Source: Nemertoderma westbladi
Taxonomy: Eukaryota > Animalia > Xenacoelomorpha
NCBI GenBank assembly: GCA_032718475.1
Contig: JAUCBJ010001977.1
Location: 62,001-126,000, forward strand
Direction: 5' to 3'
DNA: 64,000 bases
Below are positions 52,404 through 64,000 of this stretch, piece after piece. How positions within the stretch are numbered: the stretch's first letter is position 1; each line of letters starts with the position of its first letter. A program made the position numbers and the translations under genes. Below the pieces are notes generated by a model, which had not been told where the DNA came from, made no database searches, and was given only the letters and a program-made list of their open reading frames with translations.

Positions 52404-54686
52404 TGTATGATGAAATACTACCTGATACCTTGTATGATGAAATACTAGCTGATACCTTGTATGATGAAATACTACCTGATACCTTGTATGATTAAATACT
52501 ACCTGATAACTTGTATGAGTAAATACTACCTGATACCTTGTATGAGTAAATACTACCTGATACCTTGTATGAGTAAATACTACCTGATACCTTGTATGAG
52601 TAAATACTACCTGATACCTTGTATGATGAAATACTACCTGATACCTTGTATGATGAAATACTACCTGATACCTTGTATGAGTAAATACTACCTGATACCT
52701 TGTATGAGTAAATACTACCTGATACCTTGTATGAGTAAATACTACCTGATACCTTGTATGAGTAAATACTACCTGATACCTTGTATGATGAAATACTACC
52801 TGATACCTTGTATGATGAAATACTACCTGATACCTTGTATGAGTAAATACTACCTGATACCTTGTATGAGTAAATACTACCTGATACCTTGTATGAGTAA
52901 ATACTACCTGATACCTTGTATGAGTAAATACTACCTGATACCTTGTATGAGTAAATACTACCTGATACCTTGTATGATGAAATACTACCTGATACCTTGT
53001 ATGATGAAATACTACCTGATACCTTGTATGAGTAAATACTACCTGATACCTTGTATGAGTAAATACTACCTGATACCTTGTATGATGAAATACTACCTGA
53101 TACCTTGTATGATGAAATACTACCTGATACCTTGTATGAAATACTACCTGATAACTTGTATGAGTAAATACTACCTGATACCTTGTATGATGAAATACTA
53201 CCTGATACCTTGTATGAAATACTACCTGATACCTTGTATGAAATACTACCTGATACCTTGTATGAGTAAATACTACCTGATACCTTGTATGATTAAATAC
53301 TACCTGAAACCTTGTATGAGTAAATACTACCTGATACCTTGTATGATGAAATACTACCTGATACCTTGTATGATGAAATACTACATGAGTAAATACTACC
53401 TGATACCTTGTATGAGTAAATACTACCTGATACCTTGTATGAGTAAATACTACCTGATACCTTGTATGAGTAAATACTACCTGATACCTTGTATGATGAA
53501 ATACTACCTGATACCTTGTATGATGAAATACTACCTGATACCTTGTATGATGAAATACTACCTGATACCTTGTATGAGTAAATACTACCTGATACCTTGT
53601 ATGAGTAAATACTACCTGATACCTTGTATGAGTAAATACTACCTGATACCTTGTATGAGTAAATACTACCTGATACCTTGTATGATGAAATACTACCTGA
53701 TACCTTGTATGATGAAATACTACCTGATACCTTGTATGAGTAAATACTACCTGATACCTTGTATGAGTAAATACTACCTGATACCTTGTATGAGTAAATA
53801 CTACCTGATACCTTGTATGAGTAAATACTACCTGATACCTTGTATGAGTAAATACTACCTGATACCTTGTATGATGAAATACTACCTGATACCTTGTATG
53901 ATGAAATACTACCTGATACCTTGTATGAGTAAATACTACCTGATACCTTGTATGAGTAAATACTACCTGATACCTTGTATGATGAAATACTACCTGATAC
54001 CTTGTATGATGAAATACTACCTGATACCTTGTATGAAATACTACCTGATAACTTGTATGAGTAAATACTACCTGATACCTTGTATGATGAAATACTACCT
54101 GATACCTTGTATGAAATACTACCTGATACCTTGTATGAAATACTACCTGATACCTTGTATGAGTAAATACTACCTGATACCTTGTATGATTAAATACTAC
54201 CTGATACCTTGTATGAGTAAATACTACCTGATACCTTGTATGATGAAATACTACCTGATACCTTGTATGATGAAATACTACCTGATACCTTGTATGATGA
54301 AATACTACCTGATACCTTGTATGATGAAATACTACCTGATACCTTGTATGAAATACTACCTGATACCTTGTATGAAATACTACCTGATACCTTGTATGAG
54401 TAAATACTACCTGATACCTTGTATGATTAAATACTACCTGATACCTTGTATGAGTAAATACTACCTGATACCTTGTATGATGAAATACTACCTGATACCT
54501 TGTATGATGAAATACTACCTGATACCTTGTATGATGAAATACTACCTGATACCTTGTATGATGAAATACTACCTGATACCTTGTATGAAATACTACCTGA
54601 TACCTTGTATGAAATACTACCTGATACCTTGTATGAGTAAATACTACCTGATACCTTGTATGATTAAATACTACCTGATACCTTGT

Positions 54687-57600
54687 TCTCCAGTTTTTTG
54701 AAACTCTAGACAATGTGTACAACGAGGTGGTACATTGGCCCGCGAATCTATTTTTAGTGCCTCAGGGGGCGATTGGTCGACAATTAGTTGGGGAGATGTC
54801 GAGACTCATTGCTCTTGCATCTAAGGAGAATCTGTTGACAGACGTTGCGGCGATTGCGCTAATGGTGTTACCTGCCCTGCTCCTTCAGAAACCGAGTCGT
54901 TCTTCGACGGCGGCAACTCATCGTCGTGTTCTAGAACGGCGATTGGGGAGCTGGAGGGGAGGTGAGTTCGAAGAATTGGTGGTTGAGGCTCGTGCGATCC
55001 AGTATCACCTGCCGAAACGGCGGCAAACCGCTTCGCCAACCGTCGCCATGCAGAAGGCGTTCGTTCGCCATATGCTGACGGGGAATATTTCTGCCGCTAC
55101 GAGATGCCTTAGTGAGGCTTACCGAGGAGCGCCAATGAAGTTGAACGACTCGTTCACTGATAAAGATGGCGTAATGAAGATCGTAGGTGACGTATTGCGT
55201 CAGAAACACCCCCCAGCGCAACCGGCGGACGAGTCCATACTCATCTCGGAGTTTAGCGGTGCGCCGGAGCATCATGAAGTTATATTTGAGGCGATTAACG
55301 GGGAGGTGATTCTGTCGAGTTTACTCCGGATGAAGGGGAATGCCGCCGGGCCGTCCGGGTTGGATGTGCAGGGGTGGAAACACCTCCTGACAAAGTTTCG
55401 GACGGAGTCAACCGGCCTGGCCAACCAGATTGCGGAGTGGGCGAAACAGATCGCGCAGAAGGTGGTTCCTCCGGATTCGATATCCGCGTTGCTAAACTCG
55501 CGTCTACTGGCGCTCGATAAGAACCCCGGAGTTCGACCCGTAGGGATCGGAGAGGTTCTCCGTCGGGTCATCGGTAAGTCGATTATATACTGCATCCGTG
55601 AGGATCTCCAGGCTGTTGGAGGAGGGATTCAACTCTGTCTCGGCCAGAAAGCCGGCATTGAGTTCGCTATCCACAGCCTCAATGATGCGTTCGACGATGA
55701 TGACTGCGACGCAGTGCTACAGATAGACGCAACAAACGCGTTTAACGTTCTTAACAGACAGGCTGCGTTGCACAATATTCGCGCGGTGTGTCCGGCGTTA
55801 CACACAGTCGTAACCAACTGCTACAGTCGCCCATCCCGGTTGTTTGTTGGCGGAGACTCCTTGCTCTCCGAGGAGGGTACTACCCAGGGTGACCCGGTTG
55901 CCATGGCGATGTTTGGGAGCGGGACCTTGCCGTTTATAAGGACGTTGGGCGAGAGCTGTAAGATCCTTCAGCGATGGTTTGCGGATGATGGGAATGCGGC
56001 CGGGAAGCTCGTCGAACTGCGTAAGTACTGGGATATCGTGTCTCGACTTGGCCCGCTGTACGGATACTACCCGTCGAAGTGTCACCTAACTGTTAAGCTG
56101 GATAAGCGAGAGGAGGCCGAGGAATTATTTGCCAATACCGGCGTCATAATAAACACGGTTGGCCACGAACTCCTCGGTGGGGTTATCGGGACGGAGGAGT
56201 TTCGACGCGAATATACCGCGAAGAAAGTGGAGGAGTTTACGGCCCAGGTCGACCGGATCACCGACATAGCTGCGGTGGATCCCCACTGCGCGTACGCCGG
56301 GCTGGTGTTCGGTTTGTCGTGCCGGTGGCGGTACGTGTCGCGGGTAGTTCCTGGTGCAACCGACCACTTCGGGAAACTCGAAGAGTCGGTAGAACTCTTC
56401 CTCTGCCAGATCACCGGCAGAGCGTCGATTACGTCGGAAGAAAGACTGCTGCTGTCCCTGCCAGTCCGGCACGGTGGATTGGGCGTTCCGGTTCCCGCCG
56501 ACCTTGACGCACAGTACGGCAACTCGCGCGATATGTGCGAACCGTTTCAGCTAGCCGATACCCATTCGATGTCGGTGATCCGGGAGCGGCAGAAGCTGGC
56601 ATTGGCCGCGCTGAAAGTTCGTGGGGCGCTGCACCTGAAAACTAAAACAGAAGAGGTGTACAGGAATATCTCGCCAAACCAACGCAAGTTGTGTGAGTTA
56701 ACCTCAGAGAAAGGCGCTTCAACTTGGCTTAACACCAAACCGCTAACCCAAGTTCAAACTCACCTAGATAAGGAAGAGTTCCGAGACGCCCTGAGTCTAC
56801 GTTACGGGTGGTCCCCTAAGGATCTCCCAGCTCGTTGTGCCTGTGGGGAGCGATTTTCCGCTTCGCATATTCTGTCGTGCCCTACTGGAGGTTTCCCCTC
56901 CATAAGGCACAACGAGATCCGCGATTTCGTGGCTGATTCTCTTACCGAGGTGGCGCACAATGTGGCAGTTGAGCCGATGCTCCAGCCACTGACAGGCGAG
57001 CAGTTCGCCCTCCGATCCGCTTCGACTGACCAGCAGGCGCGGCTGGACGTTTCGGTGAGTGGCTTCTGGGGCAACCGCTTCCAGAGGACCTTCATCGACG
57101 TTTCAGTATTTAACCCGCTGGCCGCTACGAACGCCGCCATGTCTTTGGATGCCGCCCATCGCCATCACGAGGACCGAAAGATCCGGAAGTACGAGGAGCG
57201 GGTGAGGGAGGTTGAACACGGCAACTTCACTCCCCTCATCTTCACGGCTTTCGGCGGGATGTCCAAAGCCGCCACGCAGTTTGTTACTCGCCTGGCTCAC
57301 AAGATCGCAGACAAAAGGGAGGTCCGGTACTCCGACAGTATTACCTGGGTTCGCCGGCGACTGAGTTTCGCGTTGCTGAGGTCGTCGCTGCTCTGTTTGC
57401 GTGGCTGTAGATCAGCTTCTCGCCGCCCAGTCCGCTGCAATATCGCGGAGGCGTCCATTCTCCTGGCGAATGCAAACTCGGACCCAACAGGCTGAATGGC
57501 AGTGCAGTGGTAGGCAGTGCAGTACACAGTATGCAGTACAGCAGTACATACTGTTTAAATAGCAATCTGGTTGCTAGGCAGCCGTCAAATACAGCTGGTG

Positions 57601-57737
57601 GTGGTTGTACAATTGTTTTTTAAATTTCCCGCGTTTCTGTAATTACTGTTTTTAATTGTTTGTTATAGTGCCTATAATTGTGTTTGTATTTCTGAAGGTT
57701 TTTATTATTTTGTGAATAAATGAGGCTTGTAAAGTTA

Positions 57738-57769
<32 letters not shown>
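54687..57769 (+). mobile_element. CRE-clade-like non-LTR retrotransposon (RT + CCHC + restriction-like endonuclease), 5'-truncated, polyA-tailed
   Basis: Single long ORF, ~245-bp 3'UTR, aataaa at 57715, 29-nt polyA at 57741-57769, flanking direct repeat of minisatellite sequence. Confidence 0.9.
54688..57495 (+). CDS. RT-RLE polyprotein, open from the insertion junction (no ATG start)
   Basis: AAGPSG, GVRPVGIGEVLRR, QIDATNAFN, GTTQGDP, WFADD, LLG. Zinc knuckle CACGERFSASHILSC; RLE motifs RHNEIRD, RLDV, FIDVSV, EDRKIRKY, PLIFTAFGG. Confidence 0.92.
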   Translation, partial: LQFFETLDNVYNEVVHWPANLFLVPQGAIGRQLVGEMSRLIALASKENLLTDVAAIALMVLPALLLQKPSRSSTAATHRRVLERRLGSWRGGEFEELVVEARAIQYHLPKRRQTASPTVAMQKAFVRHMLTGNISAATRCLSEAYRGAPMKLNDSFTDKDGVMKIVGDVLRQKHPPAQPADESILISEFSGAPEHHEVIFEAINGEVILSSLLRMKGNAAGPSGLDVQGWKHLLTKFRTESTGLANQIAEWAKQIAQKVVPPDSISALLNSRLLALDKNPGVRPVGIGEVLRRVIGKSIIYCIREDLQAVGGGIQLCLGQKAGIEFAIHSLNDAFDDDDCDAVLQIDATNAFNVLNRQAALHNIRAVCPALHTVVTNCYSRPSRLFVGGDSLLSEEGTTQGDPVAMAMFGSGTLPFIRTLGESCKILQRWFADDGNAAGKLVELRKYWDIVSRLGPLYGYYPSKCHLTVKLDKREEAEELFANTGVIINTVGHELLGGVIGTEEFRREYTAKKVEEFTAQVDRITDIAAVDPHCAYAGLVFGLSCRWRYVSRVVPGATDHFGKLEESVELFLCQITGRASITSEERLLLSLPVRHGGLGVPVPADLDAQYGNSRDMCEPFQLADTHSMSVIRERQKLALAALKVRGALHLKTKTEEVYRNISPNQRKLCELTSEKGASTWLNTKPLTQVQTHLDKEEFRDALSLRYGWSPKDLPARCACGERFSASHILSCPTGGFPSIRHNEIRDFVADSLTEVAHNVAVEPMLQPLTGEQFALRSASTDQQARLDVSVSGFWGNRFQRTFIDVSVFNPLAATNAAMSLDAAHRHHEDRKIRKYEERVREVEHGNFTPLIFTAFGGMSKAATQFVTRLAHKIADKREVRYSDSITWVRRRLSFALLRSSLLCLRGCRSASRRPVRCNIAEASILLANANSDPTG

Positions 57770-57775
<6 letters not shown>

Positions 57776-60239
57776 ACCTTGTATGATTAAATACTACCTG
57801 ATACCTTGTATGAGTAAATACTACCTGATACCTTGTATGAGTAAATACTACCTGATACCTTGTATGATGAAATACTACCTGATACCTTGTATGAGTAAAT
57901 ACTACCTGATACCTTGTATGAGTAAATACTACCTGATACCTTGTATGATGAAATACTACCTGATACCTTGTATGAGTAAATACTACCTGATACCTTGTAT
58001 GAGTAAATACTACCTGATACCTTGTATGATGAAATACTACCTGATACCTTGTATGATGAAATACTACCTGATACCTTGTATGATGAAATACTACCTGATA
58101 CCTTGTATGATGAAATACTACCTGATACCTTGTATGAAATACTACCTGATACCTTGTATGAAATACTACCTGATACCTTGTATGAGTAAATACTACCTGA
58201 TACCTTGTATGATTAAATACTACCTGATACCTTGTATGAGTAAATACTACCTGATACCTTGTATGATGAAATACTACCTGATACATTGTATGATGAAATA
58301 CTACCTGATACCTTGTATGAGTAAATACTACCTGATACCTTGTATGATAAATACTATCTGATACCTTGTATGAGTAAATACTATCTGATACCTTGTATGA
58401 TGAAATACTACCTGATACCTTGTATGATGAAATACTACCTGATACCTTGTATGATGAAATACTACCTGATACCTTGTATGAAATACTACCTGATACCTTG
58501 TATGAAATACTACCTGATACCTTGTATGAGTAAATACTACCTGATACCTTGTATGATTAAATACTACCTGATACCTTGTATGAGTAAATACTACCTGATA
58601 CCTTGTATGATGAAATACTACCTGATACATTGTATGATGAAATACTACCTGATACCTTGTATGAGTAAATACTACCTGATACCTTGTATGATAAATACTA
58701 TCTGATACCTTGTATGAGTAAATACTACCTGACGTCTATCTACTCTACTGCCTACAAATACAATGAAAGGGTAGTTTAGTTAATATATTAACCATGAACA
58801 CCGGCTGGTCCTACTGGCCTTTGCTGGGACCCCTTTGTATTAACACCATACCACTCCCATCGAACGTCGAGTTCATAACAACAGAAAACATATTTTGAAG
58901 GTTTTGCTATTAAATAAATGACTCATAGAATATAATTATTATTAACAAATGAAAATATATAATAATTATTAACATATGTTCTAAAGATGAATTACGACAT
59001 AATGTCTGATAAAAGGGCATCGGGTACAACAATGTGTTCATTCAGGCACAATGCTAACTTCCACAGCTATAAACTAACACCTGCACTGTCCCAGAACCAA
59101 ATTAATTACAAATGGTGCAGTGCAGTTAACTATAAACAATCGATAATGGCATATTGAACACAGCTAGAAACAAGTACATTATATTCCAGAGTTAATATAT
59201 TATGCGATGTCATGTTAATCACTTCACTTTACCAGTGACGCAAATGGCAAAATTGTCTTTAAGTTGCAAATATGATGTAAAATTAATCTCACGGTGTGTA
59301 TGAAGAAGTGCATTAGAAGGTAGATGTATCTCCTTTTGGTAAACTAAAAGATGATAAAAACTAATTCACTTTATTTTGAAACTAAAAACACCGAGTTATT
59401 TATTTTTATAAAAGACGCACCAGTACTTTAGAAAGTCGATCACAAAAGCGCTCGTTATTCTTACCTTGTTTCACTTTAATGCTTATTATCAGTTTAGACT
59501 GTCAATTTTTCGCGTTTCTTTTTATAGCTATTACTGTTGTACTTCTGTAGGCGAATTGATTTTATAAGGAATCGGAAGTTAATCACATTATAATTATTAT
59601 TATTTAAATAATTTTAGTTTTGGGTTCAGTTTAAATTTTAGTGTTCAGCACTAATCTCATCCTCAGTAAACACAATCTCACCCAATTCCCTCTATGGCGT
59701 ATTCATGTAAAACTCTTGAGGCCAAATAACCCAAACATTAATTAAAAGCTACAAGTCTTATTGTTTGTTATTTGTTTAAAAGTTAATCCAGTAATTATTA
59801 ATTAGATAATAACCACTATAGAGAATAGTTTGTCATTTTCAGTACTTATATTTACACTTTCCCTTTTCAATTGAGTTGTTTCATATCAAAACTTATTACA
59901 TTCGAATATATATGGTTGCAACAATGAAGTTGATAAAAAGTTAAATAATACGAGAAGAAAATATAGAATAGAGTTAAAAAATAGTTGTGAAATTAGCTAG
60001 CTAAGTATGAGTGTACTATGTTATTGAAGGTATAATCATTTAGCTAATAATTAAGTCATATAATAATGACTAAATTAATACATTCCTTATTCAAATATAT
60101 TATAAATGCGAAATATAAAAACCTAACTATACAATTTAGATGAGCTACCGGTGGCCCTAATGAACCTACCTTACAATATACACTGTTTAAACTATTTATA
60201 CCCCCACCGCCCTCCACACGTCACAAAACAATATTAATA

Positions 60240-60245
60240 TTTATT
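60240..60245 (-). promoter_or_regulatory. Candidate polyadenylation signal of the kinesin gene
   Basis: AATAAA on the minus strand ~87 nt after the stop codon; AT-rich context makes a chance match possible. Confidence 0.35.
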
Positions 60246-60331
60246 ATAAATAAACCTAAGAATAGCGTTAGCGTTACTTATTGCAGATTCCAACTATATA
60301 TATATTTCAACTGCGACGATTGAGGAATAGA

Positions 60332-63300
60332 TTATACCGTGGAATCGAAATCCTCACTGCGCACCCTCCATAGCCGGACCCTAGCATCGGTGGAGCCGGT
60401 AAATACGTGAGTTTTATTGGTGACCAACGAGGTTATCTGGGAGTTGATGGTGACAGATGTGGCGGGGTCTGAGTGTTTGTACAAGGGAACCAACCCCAGA
60501 GGCCGACACGAATCCGCGTCCCAGATCTTTATAAACCCCGATCGACAGGCGGATACGAGCATAGAATCGCGACCCGGAATAAAATCGATGACTTTAATCC
60601 AATCCTTGTGGGCCGAGGATATCGTCTTCAACCAGGACAGGGTAGAGAGGTTCCATTTCTTTATGGTGGAGTCGCGAGATCCGCTGAACATGATGTCACC
60701 GCGGACCGCGAGACACTCTATACCGTCGTAATGGGGCGGCTCCAGTTGTAGGATCGGTTGAATCAACGATCCGCGGTTCGAACTGTCCATCTCGAACACC
60801 TTTAGGTAATGATCCTTCGAACCGGTTATCACCCGGTCCACGTCGCCTCTTGCCGCGTCGTAACCCTCCGCCCGGTGGATGTTAATGACTTTAACCGTCG
60901 ACTTGGATTTGGAGAGAGACAAACAGGGGTTTAGTCGCCCAATGGGTTGGAAACTTGAGAGATCCCAGACGCGAACGAAACTCCCGACCCCACAGAGGAG
61001 CGTGGTCGAGGACGAGTTGATCTGCATGTCGTAGATTTGTTGCTCCCCGGGGGGAATGAGCCGCGTGGTGACGACGTTGGTTGAACGCGTCGACGGAGCC
61101 GAGTTCCGCACCGCACCGGAGGACATCATCGTCTTAACACATCGACTTGGCGGCGACTCGCGGAGATCGAAGGCCTTGATCTCGCAAACATCAACCACGA
61201 AGAGCAACCGGAGATCCTTGTTGTAAATGATCTTAGATGTATAACCCCGTCGCGCCTCTAGCGCTTCTATTATTTTCCCGGTCTCCAATGAGAATATGTG
61301 GATTTCGTGGCCGCTCCCAGAGAAGAGTAGCTCGTCGGTGGCTCCTACCGCGGTCACCGGTTTGGTACCCGCGGTAGCCCAGTGGGACAGGATCAGCGGA
61401 CAGTTACGGGAGATGGAGGAGCAGCGGGTGGGGGTGATCCCGGGGTTTGCGAGGTCTATCCCGTTACTGGGCGACGGACTGCTGTCCCGCTGATTGTCCC
61501 GGTCCCCCGCGGGACCGCCGCCACGCTCCGGACTGTCCGGGCGCAACGTGTCCCAAGTGAGTTTCTCGTAGGTGTCCGAGCGGATCAACCGAGGGGATGC
61601 GACCGCCGACGACCGGGCGTCTCGGCGGTCCAACGAGCCTCCCGCCCGTCCGCTCGTCGGGGTGCTAGGCAACGAGGACTGCGCTCGCCGTCTCGCTAAC
61701 TGCGGACTCCACGTGCTGCGCGCGGGGTCGCCTACGTGACCCGACACGAAGGTGGTGTTGATATCCCCCGGGGGTGGAGGAGAGGTGCGAAGTACTTCAT
61801 CGGAACAGACAGAGCGCGGTCGGGAGTAGAGGAAGTCCTCGGTGCAGCCGGTCCGTCGACGGGCCTTCCGGCGGGTCTCCGGGTTGTCGACGGGCGGGGC
61901 CGACGGGTAGACGAAGGTGAGATCGACGCGTCCGGGATCCACCGGGGACGGCGACCGTTCGCCATCCTCGTCGTCCTCGAAATGACTCATAGACGCGGAC
62001 AACATCGCCGATATCTCTGGATCTATATGATCCCCCGCCTGCTCCAACACGTGATGCAGCAACTCCTCGTTGATGGAATTGTTACACTCCTGTTGGTGGA
62101 GATCCGACTTGAGGTTATCCACCTCCTCATTGTTCTTGGCTTTCTCCAACGCCTCCGACGCCCATCGCTCCAGACACTGACCGAGGACGAACTTGGACTC
62201 CCGGAAGGACAACTCGTCTATAAACTGTTCGGGGTTAAGCAACGTCGATTCTTTCTCGCTGAGCAACACGATACTGTTCTGCGTCTCTCGGATTTTACCC
62301 TGGATGTATTGGAGGTTCGCGGCTGTGTCCCGTACCTTTTGCTCTTGTCTCTCCTCACCGCCACATTCCTTCATTAGGGAGTCCAGCACTCGGGTCTGCC
62401 GATCCCGGTCTTTCAACCAGATATCCATGGTCGCCTCCATCTTGCAGATTTTCAACTTAACTTCGGACAGTTGGTCGATATATTTGGATACGGATTGGAA
62501 CTTCTGTTTGGAGGCGGTTGTGGGGCGAAGTCGAACCGATATTGTTTCACTATTTTTACCCATCCGACCTGGCCGAACCTGCCTCCGCAGACTACTAACT
62601 TCCTCCTGTCGTCTCTTTATCATGGCCTCCTTCTGTCGTTTCTCTTCCTCCAATGACTTTATTTTTTTCTCATACTTCCTCGCCTCCTTCTTTAGCTTGG
62701 CCACCGCCCTGTTCTGATCTTTGTCTTTCTCCCTTTGTTTTTTAGAATCTTCTTTCATCTGTCTCATTAACTTGGCCTTCACCGTTTTCATCTGGTTCAT
62801 TTCCCCCCTTAGACTACCCAACTGCTTCTCATACTGCGCCTGAGACTTCAGTAAACGATTGTGTTCCTTTTGGGCTTGTTTCAAGCCTTTCATCTCCTCT
62901 TGCAGACTGGCCACCTTATGTTGATACTCCTCCTTGACTTTCTTCGCTTTGTCGTTGACCAGATCGCTAGGTCCGATACTCTTTAGGACTTTGTCCCTTT
63001 CCGATTCCGTCTCGGCTATCCTCGTCTGGAGTTGCACCACCTTTTGATCGTAATGAACTTTCATTGTGTTCAGCCTCCTCTGCGAGTCTTCCAACTCTTC
63101 TATAAGGCGCTGCTTTATGCTGATCTCGTAGGAGAGGTTTCCCAATTCCTCCTCCATCTCGGCGTCTTCCTCTTCTTCCTCACTATCATCTTCCTCAGAT
63201 TCATCCGACTGATCCTCCTCATCATTCTGCTCTTCCCCTTCCTCGTTAATCTCAACCTCAACCACCCCATTGTTTTCCTTATCCTTCTTTCCGCCTCTCC

Positions 63301-64000
63301 TTCTCGTTACCTTGGAGACATCCAATAGTTTAAGTTGATTCTCTACGTCGCGTTTTGCCTCGTCGATCACCGAACAGTTGTTTATCCCCAGCGGCGCTTC
63401 GGAACAGGCGGTTCCGGGACGGGTGACGACCCCGCTGACACCGGACTGCCGACGGAGGTTAGAGTTAATCGACTCGGATTCCAGGAGTTTTACTCGCAAC
63501 TCCTCGATCTCACCGATATATCGCTGCACCACGGACGTCATCCCGTCCCCGTCGCTGTCCTGCTGGGCCTCCCCTCCGAGCCGCTCCACTTCCTGGTTGG
63601 TTATCAACGTCGTCAACCTCCCCGTCTGGGTGTCCAACGTCGACTGCAACGCTTTCAGTCTCTTCCTTAAGTTCTCGTTGTCTCGCATTAACATCGAGTT
63701 CTCGGTGTGTAGGTCTGAGATCGCCAACCCGCCACCATCACTCGCTCCCCGTCCCGCCATCTTCCACTCGACCAGTTCGGTCTGCAGCCTCTGTATCTGA
63801 GCTCGAAGTCCCGCCATCTGCAGACTCGACAGGTCCTGATTGGCCATCACTTTGTTCTGGATGTTCTTCGCCCTGTTCGCGTACTTCAGCGTGTTCAGTG
63901 TCTCCATAAAGTCACTGTCGGATGGACTCACACAGGCAATCATTAGCGTCCTAGAGTTTCCCCCCAGGGAGTCCTGCAGCAGTCGGGTCAGCTTGCTGTC
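60332..64000 (-). CDS. KIF21: Kinesin-4 family KIF21-like protein (motor C-terminus, coiled coils, WD40 tail); 5' part outside window; no introns in 3.67 kb
   Basis: Frame open to the window edge: [26 protein letters not shown]...[15 protein letters not shown]. Coiled coil [19 protein letters not shown]; WD40 tail [38 protein letters not shown] typical of KIF21A/B. Confidence 0.95.
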   Translation of the reverse strand, partial: DSKLTRLLQDSLGGNSRTLMIACVSPSDSDFMETLNTLKYANRAKNIQNKVMANQDLSSLQMAGLRAQIQRLQTELVEWKMAGRGASDGGGLAISDLHTENSMLMRDNENLRKRLKALQSTLDTQTGRLTTLITNQEVERLGGEAQQDSDGDGMTSVVQRYIGEIEELRVKLLESESINSNLRRQSGVSGVVTRPGTACSEAPLGINNCSVIDEAKRDVENQLKLLDVSKVTRRRGGKKDKENNGVVEVEINEEGEEQNDEEDQSDESEEDDSEEEEEDAEMEEELGNLSYEISIKQRLIEELEDSQRRLNTMKVHYDQKVVQLQTRIAETESERDKVLKSIGPSDLVNDKAKKVKEEYQHKVASLQEEMKGLKQAQKEHNRLLKSQAQYEKQLGSLRGEMNQMKTVKAKLMRQMKEDSKKQREKDKDQNRAVAKLKKEARKYEKKIKSLEEEKRQKEAMIKRRQEEVSSLRRQVRPGRMGKNSETISVRLRPTTASKQKFQSVSKYIDQLSEVKLKICKMEATMDIWLKDRDRQTRVLDSLMKECGGEERQEQKVRDTAANLQYIQGKIRETQNSIVLLSEKESTLLNPEQFIDELSFRESKFVLGQCLERWASEALEKAKNNEEVDNLKSDLHQQECNNSINEELLHHVLEQAGDHIDPEISAMLSASMSHFEDDEDGERSPSPVDPGRVDLTFVYPSAPPVDNPETRRKARRRTGCTEDFLYSRPRSVCSDEVLRTSPPPPGDINTTFVSGHVGDPARSTWSPQLARRRAQSSLPSTPTSGRAGGSLDRRDARSSAVASPRLIRSDTYEKLTWDTLRPDSPERGGGPAGDRDNQRDSSPSPSNGIDLANPGITPTRCSSISRNCPLILSHWATAGTKPVTAVGATDELLFSGSGHEIHIFSLETGKIIEALEARRGYTSKIIYNKDLRLLFVVDVCEIKAFDLRESPPSRCVKTMMSSGAVRNSAPSTRSTNVVTTRLIPPGEQQIYDMQINSSSTTLLCGVGSFVRVWDLSSFQPIGRLNPCLSLSKSKSTVKVINIHRAEGYDAARGDVDRVITGSKDHYLKVFEMDSSNRGSLIQPILQLEPPHYDGIECLAVRGDIMFSGSRDSTIKKWNLSTLSWLKTISSAHKDWIKVIDFIPGRDSMLVSACRSGFIKIWDADSCRPLGLVPLYKHSDPATSVTINSQITSLVTNKTHVFTGSTDARVRLWRVRSEDFDSTV

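Larger units (their letters stand above)
52404..58732. repeat. Minisatellite, 27-bp (24-bp variant) unit tgtatga(gt/tg/tt)aaatactacctgatacct, interrupted by a CRE-like element
   Basis: Arrays at 52404-54686 and 57770-58732 with a higher-order pattern of variants. Confidence 0.97.

Noticed and set aside
52338-54722. 794-aa and 746-aa ORFs (HTRYQVVF / KYYLIPCM repeats)
   Set aside because: Products of a stop-free 27/24-bp minisatellite open on both strands; no non-repetitive domain; the + strand ORF is not in frame with the CRE-like ORF.
59465-59498. Possible alpha2delta exon (ag...AAG|gtaaga on the minus strand)
   Set aside because: 34 nt, no resemblance to the VWA segment expected upstream of VGSTRE, and the only open frame does not end in phase 0.
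54821-63800. Antisense and alternate-frame ORFs over the CRE-like element and KIF21
   Set aside because: Shadow ORFs expected from GC-rich coding sequence.

Overview
Eukaryotic (invertebrate animal) genomic DNA, not prokaryotic. The window covers the middle of a large minus-strand gene for a voltage-gated calcium channel alpha2delta subunit (CACNA2D family). I assembled eight small exons by hand (50887-50768, 43432-43346, 40867-40631, 27343-27158, 25948-25701, 25505-25408, 17186-16988, 8274-8212); all have GT-AG boundaries and compatible phases, and they span the end of the VWA domain and the Cache region. The introns are filled by about a dozen unrelated minisatellite arrays, a 2.4-2.6 kb tandem triplication, several MITEs, a tRNA-derived SINE and three young 5'-truncated non-LTR retrotransposons (two RTE-like, one CRE-like RT-RLE). 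All three retrotransposons sit inside minisatellites and are antisense to the host gene. At the right end an intron-free, GC-rich KIF21-type kinesin ORF (more than 1220 codons, running off the window) appears nested in an alpha2delta intron on the same strand. Most notable: two arrays are tandem amplifications of the host gene's own splice-acceptor/exon junctions, the CRE-like element has an inferred 40-bp target-site duplication, and the kinesin gene is nested and intron-free. Most ORFs in the supplied track are artefacts of repeats. Family assignments rest on recalled motifs, not on database searches.
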